This document shows, piece after piece, positions 63,515 to 64,000 of a stretch of 64,000 bases of DNA. This DNA comes from Lingula anatina (Eukaryota; Animalia; Brachiopoda). Numbering within the stretch: the first letter of the stretch is position 1; every line of letters starts with the position of its first letter. The notes below the pieces were generated by a model. That model did no database searches. It worked only from the letters and a program-made list of their open reading frames with translations, and was not told the DNA's origin. Both the position numbers and the translations under genes were made by a program. The DNA lies in contig CM120641.1 in the NCBI GenBank assembly GCA_051362555.1, forward strand, positions 7,998,001 through 8,062,000. Direction: 5' to 3'.

Positions 63515-64000
63515 GTTTGAAAAAAAAAGGAGATATATTGGATTTATAGATATTTACCATACGGCTCAGTAACTGATTGTCTTGTTTCAATGTTTTAAGT
63601 ATAATTGCACCAAATGTTTCATAACTTTTAAAAATATTTGAAAATAGTAAGATTTAAATGTGCTTACAGCCAAGGTTAAAACTAAATTATATAGAATAAG
63701 TGGCAATATGTTTTTTATTAATGGTAATTTCCAACATGTAAGGTAATTTCCAAGAGATATGGAAGAAAGAAAATAGTTTAATGATATATCTGATATTAAA
63801 TTGTTTAATTGATGAGATTTTAAATGTACAGTTCATTAGAAAAGCTGTTATTTAAACCATCTGTATGATAACTGGACATTTTTCTTTTTCAAAATATTTT
63901 GGGAGCATAAACATTCAAATTTAATTTCATTAGAATAATGACATGTCTTTGTACAGCAATGGAATAGACAATGAACTGAATTAATTACAATTGTTAGTTA

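Overview
AT-rich eukaryotic genomic DNA with spliceosomal introns. The repeat types and gene set suggest a lophotrochozoan invertebrate, probably a mollusc (inference only). The first ~27 kb is gene-dense. It holds the 5' part of an FTCDNL1-like gene (-), head-to-head with a 12-exon DESI1/PPPDE peptidase carrying a long C-terminal extension (+). Next are two tandem ECI1 (enoyl-CoA delta isomerase) paralogs (-), one of which lacks the catalytic Glu. A PIDD1-like LRR-ZU5-ZU5-UPA gene with two death domains (+) follows. The remaining ~37 kb is the 3' part of an ELAC2/RNase Z-L gene (-; 12 in-phase exons resolved) whose introns are filled with nested transposons. These include two Helentron/HINE-like families (one carrying ~146-bp tandem units dense in nuclear-receptor half-sites), an ISL2EU-like THAP+YqaJ remnant, Kolobok-, Harbinger- and Tc1-type MITEs, a Gypsy remnant split by a foldback MITE, and an LTR+PBS followed by an acidic ORF. 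All calls come from manual reading and splicing; no database searches were run.
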